Assembly (NCBI GenBank): GCA_964434115.1
Contig: CAYSSX010000006.1
Coordinates: forward strand, 70,770 to 134,769
Reading direction: 5' to 3'
Origin: an uncultured bacterium
GTDB lineage: Bacteria > Omnitrophota > Omnitrophia > Omnitrophales > Aquincolibacteriaceae
Length of the DNA: 64,000 nt
The notes under the pieces were generated by a model that worked only from the letters and a program-made list of their open reading frames with translations, was not told the DNA's origin and did not search any database. Position 1 is the first letter of the stretch, and the number at the start of each line of letters is the position of its first letter. The position numbers were made by a program, and so were the translations under genes. Of the stretch, positions 28,652 to 39,075 are shown one piece after another.

Positions 28652-30568
28652 ATGACTGAAACTGAAAATCATTTCCTCTATTTGGCGCGTCTTCTAGATC
28701 TTGAAGAGGCTGAGGAAATCGAACAATTCCGCTCGGATTTTCTCCACTTGTCACCTGAGCAGCGTGAAAAAGCCGGAAAGGCTCTGCTTCGTCTGACCCT
28801 CACAGAATCGCACTTCAGCCCGGCCGGGCATCGTTTGATGAGTTTTCAGTACACAACGGGCAAGCCGCTTCCGCTGTTTACCTTTGAGATCGGTGATGTT
28901 GTCTCCCTTTCACGCGAAGGCCTGGAGCTTTCCAAATACCCCATCGGAACGGTTTTTGAAAAGGATGCTGAAAAGGTCACCGTTGCTTTTGACTGGCTGC
29001 ATGAAGACTGGCTGGATGAGCAGGGTCTTTACCATCTGAACAAGGCCGGTAACCGGGCGACTTTTAAAAAAATGAGGGAAGCCCTGGAAACGGTCCGCAC
29101 TGTCCGGCATGGGCGCCTTGCTTTTTTTCGTGATTTGAGCTTGGGTCTTAAACCGCCCGCGCACAGCGACCCCGTTAACTTCGAGAGTTTCCATTTTTTT
29201 AATTCACACCTGAATGAATGGCAGAAAAAGGCGGTCATCACGGTTCTTGAATCCGCGGATACGGCGATTGTTCACGGCCCTCCGGGGACCGGAAAAACAA
29301 CCGTGCTGGTCGAAGTGATCCGTCAGGCGATTCAGGAAGGAAAGTTTGTCTTTGCGACGGCGCCAAGCAACACTGCCTGCGACAACTTGTTGGAGTGTTT
29401 GGTCCGGGAAGGGGTGCCGGCGTTAAGGCTGGGGCATCCGGCGCGCATCATGGAGCATCTTCGAGGCCATACCCTGGATTACAAAGCCGCTGAGCATCCT
29501 TATGCCGAAGTCATTGACCGCGAGGAAAAGGAAATTGACGCCCTCTACCGTAAGCTGGACCGCCACAAGGAGAGGCGCGCCTTGGATTGGGATGATAAAA
29601 GGGAGATTCGGGACCGCATTCGTGAATTGAAGGATGATGTCCGGCGTCTTGAAGATGAAGTGCTTGATCAGGTTCTTGAGCAGGCTCCCGTGATGATCGG
29701 AACCCACACCAGTGCCATGGACTTTGTGCTCAGAGACCGTTCGTTTGATCTTCTTGTGATGGACGAGGCGGCTCAGGCCACGGAACCTTCTGCGTGGATT
29801 CCTTTGCTGAAGGCCAAAAAGGTCGTACTCGCGGGAGATCATTTTCAGCTGCCTCCCACGGTTCGCTCCAAAGATGCTGAAGCCGCGGGGTTGGCGCGCA
29901 CTCTTTTTGAACGCCTACATGAGATGATTCCGGACGATTTTAAGGCATTGCTCCGGGTTCAGTACCGGATGCATGAATCCATCATGAATTTTTCTTCCCG
30001 CCAGTTTTATCAGGGGAAACTGGTTGCGGACGATTCTGTCAGGAAACACACGCTCTGTGACCTTGAGGGTGTCCAAAAGGCGCCGGAAACAGAAGAAGTT
30101 TTTTTGTTTCTCGACACTGCAGGCCGGGGCTTTGAAGAAAAGCAGGAGCCTGGGAGTGAAAGTCGCTACAACCCCGAAGAATCAGCGCTTGTTTTGCGCG
30201 AAGTTAAAAAACTTTTGGATCTTGGAGTCCGGGCCGAAGATATTGCGATTATAAGCCCCTATAGCGCGCAAGTTCGATTGTTAACGGCTGGGCGGGCAGA
30301 CCCCGCGCTGGAGGTCGACAGCGTCGATGGTTTCCAAGGGCGCGAAAAGGAAGTGGTTGTTTTATCCCTGGTGCGTTCCAACATGGAAGGGGAAATGGGG
30401 TTTCTTGCCGACACCCGGCGCATGAATGTTGCTATGACACGGGCAAAAAGGAAACTTATCGTGGTGGGAGACAGCGCGACGCTTTCCGCGATTCCGTTTT
30501 ATCAGAATTTTATTCAATATGCGGAAACTATCGGCGCGTATAGAAGTTCCTGGGAATGCGTGGATTAA
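28652..30568 (+). CDS. superfamily-1 helicase, DNA2/NAM7 (Upf1/IGHMBP2-like) family
   Basis: Walker A GPPGTGKT. Walker B LVMDEAAQ. Motifs III-VI (FQLPPT, VQYRMH, DSVDGFQGREKEVVVLSLVRSN, VAMTRAK). A ~190-aa N-terminal beta-rich domain as in IGHMBP2. Confidence 0.8.
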   Translation: MTETENHFLYLARLLDLEEAEEIEQFRSDFLHLSPEQREKAGKALLRLTLTESHFSPAGHRLMSFQYTTGKPLPLFTFEIGDVVSLSREGLELSKYPIGTVFEKDAEKVTVAFDWLHEDWLDEQGLYHLNKAGNRATFKKMREALETVRTVRHGRLAFFRDLSLGLKPPAHSDPVNFESFHFFNSHLNEWQKKAVITVLESADTAIVHGPPGTGKTTVLVEVIRQAIQEGKFVFATAPSNTACDNLLECLVREGVPALRLGHPARIMEHLRGHTLDYKAAEHPYAEVIDREEKEIDALYRKLDRHKERRALDWDDKREIRDRIRELKDDVRRLEDEVLDQVLEQAPVMIGTHTSAMDFVLRDRSFDLLVMDEAAQATEPSAWIPLLKAKKVVLAGDHFQLPPTVRSKDAEAAGLARTLFERLHEMIPDDFKALLRVQYRMHESIMNFSSRQFYQGKLVADDSVRKHTLCDLEGVQKAPETEEVFLFLDTAGRGFEEKQEPGSESRYNPEESALVLREVKKLLDLGVRAEDIAIISPYSAQVRLLTAGRADPALEVDSVDGFQGREKEVVVLSLVRSNMEGEMGFLADTRRMNVAMTRAKRKLIVVGDSATLSAIPFYQNFIQYAETIGAYRSSWECVD

Positions 30569-31254
30569 CCGATCAGCGAAAGAAACGCAGGGGTGTCGCT
30601 GAGGTCTGAGAAAAGGTAGTCCGGTTTCAGTGCGGCCAAAGTCTCATGTGTTGTGGAGCCGGTACAGACGGCAATGGTTTTCGCTCCAAAGCTTTTTCCC
30701 GCCCGTATGTCATGGATGGTATCGCCAATGACAAAGACTCTCTCAGGAGGAACATCCTCCCCGCAGAAAGCCTTTCCCCGCTCATAACCCATTCTGGTAA
30801 GCTCCCGCCTGTCGGCCGCATCACAGGCAAATCCTCCAAACGCAAAAAACTTATTTAATCCGCCTCGTTTAAGTTTTAATTCCGCAGCTTTTTTGAAATT
30901 GCCCGTGGCAATGCCCAGAGCTAGTGACGGATCTTTCACCAAAGTTTGAAGCAGGTTTTCAATCCCGGGCATGACCCGGAATTTTTCTACGCGCTCCACC
31001 TCGATTTCGAAATGATCGTGGTAACGGCTACAAAGCTGCTCATAGACCTTAGGCGAGAGCGGGGCGCCAAGGCGGGGAGTCAAGATCTCATGAATAATCA
31101 TCGGATCGGTTTTCCCGTCAGGAACCAGTTGGCCCCAAGAGTCCCGAATGCCAAAAAGCTCTTCCACGGCTTTCTCAAAAGCAATTTTTCCGGCCCCGCC
31201 GGTGAGCAGCAGGGTTCCGTCAATATCGAAGAGAAGAATTGTTTTGTTAGACAT
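30565..31254 (-). CDS. HAD-superfamily hydrolase (phosphoglycolate phosphatase-like)
   Basis: Motif I LLFDIDGTLL. Motif III and IV region VFVIGDTIHDIRAGK. 229 aa. Convergent with the helicase. Confidence 0.8.
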   Translation of the reverse strand: MSNKTILLFDIDGTLLLTGGAGKIAFEKAVEELFGIRDSWGQLVPDGKTDPMIIHEILTPRLGAPLSPKVYEQLCSRYHDHFEIEVERVEKFRVMPGIENLLQTLVKDPSLALGIATGNFKKAAELKLKRGGLNKFFAFGGFACDAADRRELTRMGYERGKAFCGEDVPPERVFVIGDTIHDIRAGKSFGAKTIAVCTGSTTHETLAALKPDYLFSDLSDTPAFLSLIG

Positions 31255-31510
31255 GGGGAAATTTTATCATGAGCCCTCCTGGAATTCATTCTGTTTGTCT
31301 TGATTCTGCGGGTCAACTCCGGGGGGCTTTATGCCGTTATCTGTTTAGCTGTAACAGCTGGAGCGATACGGGCTTCTGAATAGCTCGGCTTTTATAGAGC
31401 GGTTATAATTCCCCCGGTATTACGAAAAGCCGCCACACGGACATTTCCGCGAATCTAATTCGAAAAGAGAAGTTTGTGCCGCAAGAAACTCAACAAAGAG
31501 GATGGTTGAA

Positions 31511-32098
31511 ATGAAAAAAGTGATTCTTTCAGCAGCTTTTCTTGGGATTTTTTGCGTGGGAGGATTTTTTCCGGCTTTCGCGGGAGACCCTGCCGCCAAA
31601 ATCTTGGAAGTCGAGGGCCCCGTCAGGATGGAGAGGGCGAATATTATTGGAGATGTCCGGGTTGGAGATGAGCTCGAACCAGGGGATCGCATTACAACGG
31701 GGGAAAAAGGCCGTGTTCTTATTCAATCCCTAGCGGATGAGTCCCTTATTAAAATGGCAGTCAATTCTGAACTTAAGATAAGTTCAGTGGAGGATCCCAA
31801 GGCCGAAACGCGTATCTTTATGACCCAGGGACTTATGTGGGGAAAAAAGACCAAAAGCGGGCATGTGATTCATATTGAGACTTCGCTCGCCAACCTGGGT
31901 GTTCGAGGAACAGAGTATTTTGTGAAGGCCTCCTCACAGTCTTCTGAACTGGTGGTCAAAGAAGGACAGATAAGACTCGAAAAAGAAGGTGTCGAAGCCG
32001 GAAAGATGACCCGTGTTGTTTGGGAATCATCACAACTGCCTGTATTTTATGGACTTACAGCAGAAGAGTTGGAAGACTGGACCCAGCCGTTCATCTAA
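31511..32098 (+). CDS. FecR-domain protein, secreted
   Basis: The ATG at 31511 is preferred (AAAGAGG 9 nt upstream). Signal peptide. FecR-like beta-sandwich motifs (GDRITTGEKGRVLIQ...GVRGTEYFV). Confidence 0.6.
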   Translation: MKKVILSAAFLGIFCVGGFFPAFAGDPAAKILEVEGPVRMERANIIGDVRVGDELEPGDRITTGEKGRVLIQSLADESLIKMAVNSELKISSVEDPKAETRIFMTQGLMWGKKTKSGHVIHIETSLANLGVRGTEYFVKASSQSSELVVKEGQIRLEKEGVEAGKMTRVVWESSQLPVFYGLTAEELEDWTQPFI

Positions 32099-32199
32099 TT
32101 ATGTGTGATTTGTGGCTTTGGTTCATTGACTTCCTGGGATTACGGGCTATCCTCTTTAAAGACGCTAATTAAGCCTCATCAACCAGGGCTGAAAGAGAT

Positions 32200-34815
32200 A
32201 TGCAGGAAAGAGCCATCCAAATTTTGATTGTTGAGGATGACCACGATGACGTTATCCTTTTAAAGAAAGCCCTCTCTGATAATCCTCATTACCGGTTTGA
32301 AATTCACGATGTAGGAACCGTTGCCGGCGCTCTTGAGTACCTCAATAGCCATACCCCTTCAGTGATTCTTTTAGACTTGTCTCTTCCGGATGCTTCTGGA
32401 GCGGATTCATTTACCCGGATCCAGGAGAAAAGTCCTGAAGTTCCGATCATTGTTCTTACAGGATCCACGGATGAACAGACCGCATTAGCCGCCGTGCGCG
32501 CCGGGGCTCAGGATTATTTGATCAAAGGAGAAATCGAATGCAAGGTTCTGCCGCGTTTTATCCGTCATGCCATTGAGCGGCAGTTTGCGCGCGGGGATCT
32601 TGAATTTCAGGTCAGTTTCGAAAAACTGATTGCCACTCAATCGGCACGATTTTTAAGTCTCAACCCTGATCAACTGGAGCAGGCGCTTAATCAATCTGTG
32701 CGTGAACTAGGGGAGTTCTTAGGGGCTGACCGGGTTCACCTCAGTCTTTTTTCCCGCAAAGGAAAAGCTGTCAAAGGCGGTTATGAGTGGGAGCGGAAAC
32801 CGGTCCGCAGTTCGGCGAATGGCCGTGAAAACGGCTCGCTATCCAGCTATCCCTGGCTTTATGAAAAACTGAAAGCCCTTGAAGTGGTGAACCTTCATAC
32901 CGAGCAACTTCCCGATGACGCTCATATGGAGAAAAACCTTTTCTCCGCAAAGGCCATCCAGTCTTTTGTCCGTGTTCCGCTCAATTACCGGGGCGCCCTT
33001 GAAGGCTGCCTGGGGATTGACTTTATAAGAGAGCGCCGGGCATGGCCGGATAAAGTCCTGACGCTTTTCAGACTCGTGGGAGAAATTTTTGTGGTCGCGC
33101 ATTACAGGACTTTGATGGAGGGCCAGCTGCAGAAGCTTTCACTGGCCGTAGAACAAAGCCCGAGTATTGTGATGATCACGGATGCGGAAGGCAAGATTGA
33201 GTATGTGAACCCAAAATTCACGGAAGTTACAGGGTATACCCTGAAAGAAGCTTTTGGGAAAAAACCCAATTTTCTGAAGTCCGGCAAGGTGACCGATGAC
33301 CAGTTCAAGGAATTGTGGGAGACAATTAAAGACGGTAAAGAATGGCAGGGAGAATTCGTCAACCGCAAGAAAAATGGAGAACTCTATTGGGAACGTGCCG
33401 TGATTTCATCCATTAAGAATTCGGACGGAGTCATTACGCACTTTCTGGCGGTGAAGGAAGACATTACGAAACGCAAATGGGCTGAAGAGACCATTCAGCA
33501 CATGGCCTATTATGACCCGCTTACCGACCTTCCCAACCGTATGCTTTTTAATGACCGGTTAGGTCAGGCATTGGCCCAAGCGAAACGTAAGAATCAATTG
33601 TCTGCGGTTTTGTTCTTAGACCTTGACCGTTTTAAAGTCATTAACGATACGCTGGGACACACGCTGGGGGATCTTTTGCTTCGTTCCGTTGCCGGGCGTT
33701 TGAAAAAATGTGTTCGTGAAGGGGATACGATTGCCCGTATGGGCGGCGACGAATTTATGCTGTTAATGACAGGTATCGTGCAAGTTGATGAAGCCGTCAA
33801 GGCCGCGCAGGGCATGCTGAATGCGCTTAAACCTTCTTTTACTGTCGAAGGCCATGAGGTTCACATCACCCCGAGTATTGGGATCAGCATTTTTCCTTAT
33901 GACGGGGCGGATGGCGTAACCCTGGTTAAAAATGCCGATGCCGCTTTGAACCGGGCCAAAGAGCAGGGCCGTACGAATTACCAGCTTTACACCCCGGTTA
34001 TGAATGCGAAGGCGTTTGAGCGGATGACGCTGGAGAACAGCCTTCGAAAAGCTTTGGAGCGCGGTGAGTTTACGCTTTACTACCAACCGCAGGTGAGTTT
34101 GAGCAACGGTGACATCGTGGGCATGGAAGCCCTTCTTCGCTGGGAGCATCCTGACCTGGGTCTGGTATCGCCGGCGCAGTTTATCCCAATGGCCGAAGAA
34201 ACGGGTTTGATTGTGCCGATCGGGGAGTGGGTTCTGAGAACGGCCTGCGAACAGAATAAAAAATGGCAGGAAATGGGATATCGTCCGATGTGCATGGCGG
34301 TGAATCTTTCGGCGCGGCAGTTTAACGAACAAAACCTTGTGGGGATGATTTCCGGAATCTTAAAGACAACCGGACTGGAGCCGCAGTGGCTGGATGTGGA
34401 AATCACGGAAAGTATCATCATGCAGCATCTGGAGTCGACGATTGCAACTCTGCGCGATTTGCATCATTTGGGCATCCAGATCTCCATTGATGATTTTGGA
34501 ACAGGCTATTCCTCTCTGACTTATTTGAAAAAATTTCCTGTGCACGCTTTAAAAATTGACCAGTCTTTCATACGCGAAATTACAACGGATCCGGACGACG
34601 AAGCTATTACGTCGGCCGTTATCGCCATGGGGCATAGCTTGAAGTTGAATGTGATTGCCGAAGGCGTGGAAACCATGGAACAGCTTCAGATGCTTCGCAG
34701 TCTTAAATGTGACCGGATGCAGGGGTACCTGTTTTCACGGCCTGTGCCGGCGCAGACAATCACCCCTCTTCTTATGGAAGGCTGGCGCCTTAAGGCTGCC
34801 GAGACCGGATCTTAA
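32200..34815 (+). CDS. multidomain c-di-GMP signalling protein: REC - GAF-like - PAS - GGDEF - EAL
   Basis: Receiver (ILLDLSLPD). PAS (IVMITDAEGKIEYVNPKFTEVTGY). GGDEF (RMGGDEFML). EAL (EALLRW, DDFGTGYSSL, KIDQSFIREI). 871 aa. Confidence 0.9.
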   Translation: MQERAIQILIVEDDHDDVILLKKALSDNPHYRFEIHDVGTVAGALEYLNSHTPSVILLDLSLPDASGADSFTRIQEKSPEVPIIVLTGSTDEQTALAAVRAGAQDYLIKGEIECKVLPRFIRHAIERQFARGDLEFQVSFEKLIATQSARFLSLNPDQLEQALNQSVRELGEFLGADRVHLSLFSRKGKAVKGGYEWERKPVRSSANGRENGSLSSYPWLYEKLKALEVVNLHTEQLPDDAHMEKNLFSAKAIQSFVRVPLNYRGALEGCLGIDFIRERRAWPDKVLTLFRLVGEIFVVAHYRTLMEGQLQKLSLAVEQSPSIVMITDAEGKIEYVNPKFTEVTGYTLKEAFGKKPNFLKSGKVTDDQFKELWETIKDGKEWQGEFVNRKKNGELYWERAVISSIKNSDGVITHFLAVKEDITKRKWAEETIQHMAYYDPLTDLPNRMLFNDRLGQALAQAKRKNQLSAVLFLDLDRFKVINDTLGHTLGDLLLRSVAGRLKKCVREGDTIARMGGDEFMLLMTGIVQVDEAVKAAQGMLNALKPSFTVEGHEVHITPSIGISIFPYDGADGVTLVKNADAALNRAKEQGRTNYQLYTPVMNAKAFERMTLENSLRKALERGEFTLYYQPQVSLSNGDIVGMEALLRWEHPDLGLVSPAQFIPMAEETGLIVPIGEWVLRTACEQNKKWQEMGYRPMCMAVNLSARQFNEQNLVGMISGILKTTGLEPQWLDVEITESIIMQHLESTIATLRDLHHLGIQISIDDFGTGYSSLTYLKKFPVHALKIDQSFIREITTDPDDEAITSAVIAMGHSLKLNVIAEGVETMEQLQMLRSLKCDRMQGYLFSRPVPAQTITPLLMEGWRLKAAETGS

Positions 34816-34865
34816 TTTTTCTTCGCTTCTTCGCAAGTTTTTCGTAATTTGCTATACTCTCCCGC

Positions 34866-36002
34866 ATGCGATCCAAAAATACTGTTTCCCAAGTTCAATT
34901 TGATGTTGCCGTCATCGGTTCCGGCGTTGCCGGACTCGGAGCTGCGGCAGCTTTTGCCAAGCGCGGGATGAGAGTCGCGGTTATTTCCCGGACTGGCGTT
35001 GGGGGGGAAGCAACTCCTCGGGCTGCGGGTATCCTGGATCCCTTGCTTGAGCAGAATCAGAAAAGCCCGCTGATTCCCGCGGCCATAGAAGCGTTCCGGA
35101 TTTTTCCCGAATTTCTCAAGGATTTGAAATTCCGGACGGGGTCTGACGCCGATTACAAGCGCACCGGAATGCTCTACATCGCCGTAAATGCCGCTGAAAA
35201 AAAAGAACTTCAACGGCGGTTTACCTGGCAAAAAAAATGGATGTCTTCCCTGGAATGGCTGGAAGGCCCTAGGGTTCACCAGCGTTTTCCGGACACCACA
35301 CCCAAAGCCCTGTGCGGGCTTTTTTATCCCGAAGTCGGAAAAATAAATGCGCCCAAATTTATGAAAGATTACCGGAGGTATGCGAAAAGTTTCGGAGTCC
35401 GCTTTTTTAATACGCCGGCCTTTCCGCAGGTCGCGCGGGTGAAAACAGGTGGTTTTAAAATTCAGATTTCAAAAAGAAGTTTGGCCGCACTCAAAGTCAT
35501 CAATGCTGCTGGCGCCTGGAGTTCCGATAAGCGGCTCTTGGGAAAATCTTTGCGCGTGTCTCCGGCCAGAGGGCAGATGCTCATCCTCAAAGGGAAGAAA
35601 GATTTACCGGCCATTTTTCACTCTCTCACGGGCGGGTATCTTGTCCCCTGGGGAAAAGGGGTTCATCTGGCGGGTTCAACAGTAGAGTTTGCGGGTTTTC
35701 GTGACTGTGTCACAGGCAAAGGGAGAGCGGCGATTCTTAAAAAGGTGCAGAGTGTTTGCCCGGCTACCGCCGGAATGAAAGTCATCGGCTCTTGGGCCGG
35801 ACTGAGACCTTATAGTCCTGATAAAATGCCGGTTTTGGGTGAGATTCCGGGGCAGTCTGGCTGTTATGCCGCGACCGGATATTTTAGAAGCGGGATTCTT
35901 CTTGGAGACTTTCTCGGGGAACAGCTTGCAGAGTCCATTTTAACCGGCCGTATGAGCCCCCGTCTTCAACCCTTTAATACCCGGCGATTTACCCACGGGT
36001 GA
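34866..36002 (+). CDS. FAD-dependent oxidoreductase (DAO family, glycine oxidase/ThiO-like)
   Basis: Rossmann motif VAVIGSGVAGLGAAAA. 378 aa. C-terminal AATGYFRSG. Confidence 0.8.
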   Translation: MRSKNTVSQVQFDVAVIGSGVAGLGAAAAFAKRGMRVAVISRTGVGGEATPRAAGILDPLLEQNQKSPLIPAAIEAFRIFPEFLKDLKFRTGSDADYKRTGMLYIAVNAAEKKELQRRFTWQKKWMSSLEWLEGPRVHQRFPDTTPKALCGLFYPEVGKINAPKFMKDYRRYAKSFGVRFFNTPAFPQVARVKTGGFKIQISKRSLAALKVINAAGAWSSDKRLLGKSLRVSPARGQMLILKGKKDLPAIFHSLTGGYLVPWGKGVHLAGSTVEFAGFRDCVTGKGRAAILKKVQSVCPATAGMKVIGSWAGLRPYSPDKMPVLGEIPGQSGCYAATGYFRSGILLGDFLGEQLAESILTGRMSPRLQPFNTRRFTHG

Positions 36003-36883
36003 CAATGAACCCTGAGCGTGGTTTCCGTCCCCAGAGAGCGCTGCAGATTTCCATGGCCGTTTCGCTGGTGCTGGCCGTGGTCAAGATAGCCGCAGGAATT
36101 GCTACACACTCGCTCGCTCTTTTTTCTTCTGCGCTCGATTCGCTTGCAGATTTTGGAAATTCGATAGTCAATTATATTGCAGCGCGTGAAGCTTCAAAGC
36201 CTCCGGATCAGGAGCATGCTTACGGGCATGAAAAAATCGAAAGCCTTGCCGGTCTGTTTCAAAGCATTGTCATCGCGGGAGGCGGTTTTTTTCTGGTGAC
36301 CGAGGCGTTCCGGCGTTTTATTCACCCTCAGCCTCTTGAGAATGCATTCGTTGGAGTTGGTGTCATGATTTTTTCCCTGATCGTGACTTACGGGCTTTCC
36401 TGTTACCTGCGTCGGCAGTCAAAAGAGCAAGGCTCCACGATTCTTGCCACAGAAGAGCTTCACTATTCTATGGATTTCCTGGCCGGGGGAGGGGTTCTGG
36501 CGGCGCTCCTGCTTGTTAAGATGACCGGATTGTCGTTCTGGGACTTTGGCCTGGCGGTTCTGGTTTCTGTTTATGTATTGAAATGCGCGCTTGTGATTTT
36601 GAAGAATGCGGTCGCAGAGCTTCTCGACAGCAGTGTGGAACCGGTCACGAAACAGGAAATAGCGGCCCTTATTCAGGCGCACCATCCCAAGATCGTCGGA
36701 ATTCATGAGTTTAGAAGCCGGAAGGCAGGCGCTAAAATTTTTCTCGATTTTCACATTGAGATACGGGATGAAAAGGATTTCAGAAAAGCGCATGATATTA
36801 CGGAATCGCTGGTCAAAGAAATAAAGGGCAAGTATGCGGGTGCAGACGTCACCGTTCATTATGACCCGGAAGGAGAAGACTAA
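35999..36883 (+). CDS. cation diffusion facilitator family metal efflux transporter
   Basis: GTGA overlap with the upstream gene. CDF signature HSLALFSSALDSLADFGNS...HAYGHEKIE. Six TM helices and a C-terminal cytoplasmic domain. Confidence 0.85.
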   Translation: MTMNPERGFRPQRALQISMAVSLVLAVVKIAAGIATHSLALFSSALDSLADFGNSIVNYIAAREASKPPDQEHAYGHEKIESLAGLFQSIVIAGGGFFLVTEAFRRFIHPQPLENAFVGVGVMIFSLIVTYGLSCYLRRQSKEQGSTILATEELHYSMDFLAGGGVLAALLLVKMTGLSFWDFGLAVLVSVYVLKCALVILKNAVAELLDSSVEPVTKQEIAALIQAHHPKIVGIHEFRSRKAGAKIFLDFHIEIRDEKDFRKAHDITESLVKEIKGKYAGADVTVHYDPEGED

Positions 36884-37557
36884 TGCGTGTTTTGATTGTG
36901 GAGGATGAGAAGCGTATGGCTGCTTTTATTCAGCGAGGCCTCAAAGAAGAAGGCTATGCGGTAGACGTCGCGGAGGACGGTGAAAAAGGATGGGAATATG
37001 CCGCGGTCAATGAGTATGACGTGCTTATTCTCGATTGGATGCTGCCTAAAATGGATGGGCTCACTTTGTGCTCAAAAATCCGCGAATCAGGGTCCCGTGT
37101 TCCTATTTTAATGCTTACGGTCCGCGATACTGTCGAGGATAAAATAAAAGGGCTGGATCAGGGGGCCGATGATTATCTGACAAAACCCTTTGCCTTTGAT
37201 GAGCTTCTTGCTCGGCTTCGTGCCCTTTCCAGAAGACCCCGTGAACTTCAGACGGAGACGGTGCTCAGGGCCGGAACGATGACTCTTGATCTTGTTACCC
37301 ACCGTGTAACGATCGGGCAGGAACAGGTTGTCCTTTCGCAGAAAGAATACGCTTTGCTTGAATTCCTTATGCGGCGCAAGGGGCAGGTTGTGACCCGTTC
37401 CCAAATCGCTGAGCATGTGTGGGATTTGCATTTTGACCCGATGAGCAACACGATTGATGTCTATATTAATTTTCTCCGTAAAAAAATTGATGGGAGCCGC
37501 AAGAAAAGCCGCATTGAAACCCTCCGCGGTTCCGGGTATCGGTTGAGCGAAGTATGA
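36883..37557 (+). CDS. OmpR-family response regulator
   Basis: The start overlaps the CDF stop. Receiver (VLILDWMLP) plus winged-helix trans_reg_C (LTLDLVTHRVTIGQEQVVLSQKEYALLEFLM). Confidence 0.9.
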   Translation: MRVLIVEDEKRMAAFIQRGLKEEGYAVDVAEDGEKGWEYAAVNEYDVLILDWMLPKMDGLTLCSKIRESGSRVPILMLTVRDTVEDKIKGLDQGADDYLTKPFAFDELLARLRALSRRPRELQTETVLRAGTMTLDLVTHRVTIGQEQVVLSQKEYALLEFLMRRKGQVVTRSQIAEHVWDLHFDPMSNTIDVYINFLRKKIDGSRKKSRIETLRGSGYRLSEV

Positions 37558-39047
37558 TGGCTTTTTTCCGCAGCGTTAAATTCCGCCTCACGCTATGGTA
37601 TGCTTTCGTCCTCACTATTTTCCTTTCTTTTTTTTCTTTCCTGATGCACGCCGAACTCGCCAAGGCTTTGTACCGTGACGCTGACCGCAGTTTGTACCAG
37701 CAGGCGGCAGCGATCGATAAATCCCTGCTTGGCTTTCTTTCGCAGTCCTTACGCGATATTCACAGCCGCGAAATCGCATTTGTTCCAGGGGCCCATAAGG
37801 CCTTTTCACCGGAAGTCAGCAGCCTTCTCAAGGAGTCCCTGAAAGAGTGGGAGCATAGTGCCCAGTATCTGCGCCGGGCGACCTTGATGATCCGCATTTT
37901 GGCGTTTGACCATTCGGTCATTATTTCGAATCTTAAAGGGTGGGAAAAGGAAATCATTTTTCCTGACTTTGAGCGCGATTCACCTTTTATGGAGACGGGC
38001 GCCTCTTTTCAAACCATCCATTTTAGAAAAAATCCTGTAAGGCTTTATTACCAGATGATCCGTTATGCGGATCATCCGCTTTACGTTGTCCAGGTGGGGT
38101 ATTCGCTCCAGGACGTTGAAAGCACTCTTTCCCGGCTGCTTTTCATCATTCTTCTTTGGATCCCTGTTGCCGTTGTCGCGGCGGGAGCCGCGGGCTGGTT
38201 TCTTTCCCGGCGCTCTTTGCGCCCGATTGATTCGATGATTCGCGAGGCGACACAGATTACGGCTGCTTATCTTCAAGGGAGGCTGCCCCGGACGCAAACC
38301 GGTGATGAACTCGACCGTCTGGCCGCAACGCTCAATGAAATGATGGACCGCATTGCGTCCTCTACGCAGGCCGTTAGGGAGTTTAGCGTGGATGTTTCTC
38401 ATGAGCTGAAAACGCCGCTTGCCATTGTTCGAGGGGAAATCGATTTGGCGCTCCGGAAATCCCGTTCGGTGGAAGACTTGGTTCAAACGCTTCGCATCAT
38501 TGAGGAAGAGGTGAACGGGTTGATTCGTCTCGTGGATGATTTGATGCTCCTTGTCCGAAGCGATTCTCACCAATTAAGGTTTGAAAAAAAACGGGTCAGC
38601 CTCAAGGACATTCTTAAAAATGTCGCGCAGCGTTTTCAAGACAGAGCGCAGGGAAAGGGGCTTGAGCTCACGTTGAATGCCCCTCAGGATTTTGAGGTAG
38701 AAGGGGATGAGCTTTATCTCAAACGTCTTGTGAGTAACCTCGTTGATAACGGGATTAAATTTACCCAAGCCGGCGGATGGGTCAAACTGGCTCTTTCGGG
38801 TACAGAAACGCAGTCAGTGATTGAGGTTTCTGATAACGGTATGGGTATTGAAGCTGAAATTCAGGAAAAGGTTTTCTCGCGTTTTTACCGTTCGGACCGA
38901 GCCCGTGCTCATGAGGGATCCGGGCTGGGTCTTAACATCGCTAAGGCTATTGCGGATGCTCACCGTGGAACATTGACGATTAAAAGTTACCCGCATGCAG
39001 GAACAACCGTTACCATTCTTCTTCCCCGCTTTAAAAAGAGTACTTAA
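37554..39047 (+). CDS. sensor histidine kinase (2 TM, periplasmic sensor, HAMP, HisKA, HATPase_c)
   Basis: ATGATG overlap with the RR gene. H-box VSHELKTPLA. N-box and G-boxes (DNGIKFT, SDNGMGI, GSGLGL). Confidence 0.9.
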   Translation: MMAFFRSVKFRLTLWYAFVLTIFLSFFSFLMHAELAKALYRDADRSLYQQAAAIDKSLLGFLSQSLRDIHSREIAFVPGAHKAFSPEVSSLLKESLKEWEHSAQYLRRATLMIRILAFDHSVIISNLKGWEKEIIFPDFERDSPFMETGASFQTIHFRKNPVRLYYQMIRYADHPLYVVQVGYSLQDVESTLSRLLFIILLWIPVAVVAAGAAGWFLSRRSLRPIDSMIREATQITAAYLQGRLPRTQTGDELDRLAATLNEMMDRIASSTQAVREFSVDVSHELKTPLAIVRGEIDLALRKSRSVEDLVQTLRIIEEEVNGLIRLVDDLMLLVRSDSHQLRFEKKRVSLKDILKNVAQRFQDRAQGKGLELTLNAPQDFEVEGDELYLKRLVSNLVDNGIKFTQAGGWVKLALSGTETQSVIEVSDNGMGIEAEIQEKVFSRFYRSDRARAHEGSGLGLNIAKAIADAHRGTLTIKSYPHAGTTVTILLPRFKKST

Positions 39048-39075
39048 GTCCACCCATTGAAAAATTAAATTTTTT

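Noticed and set aside
31347-31359. Palindrome AGCTGTaACAGCT in the divergent HAD/FecR intergenic region
   Set aside because: It is short (6-bp arms). Such sites occur by chance, and there is no supporting context.
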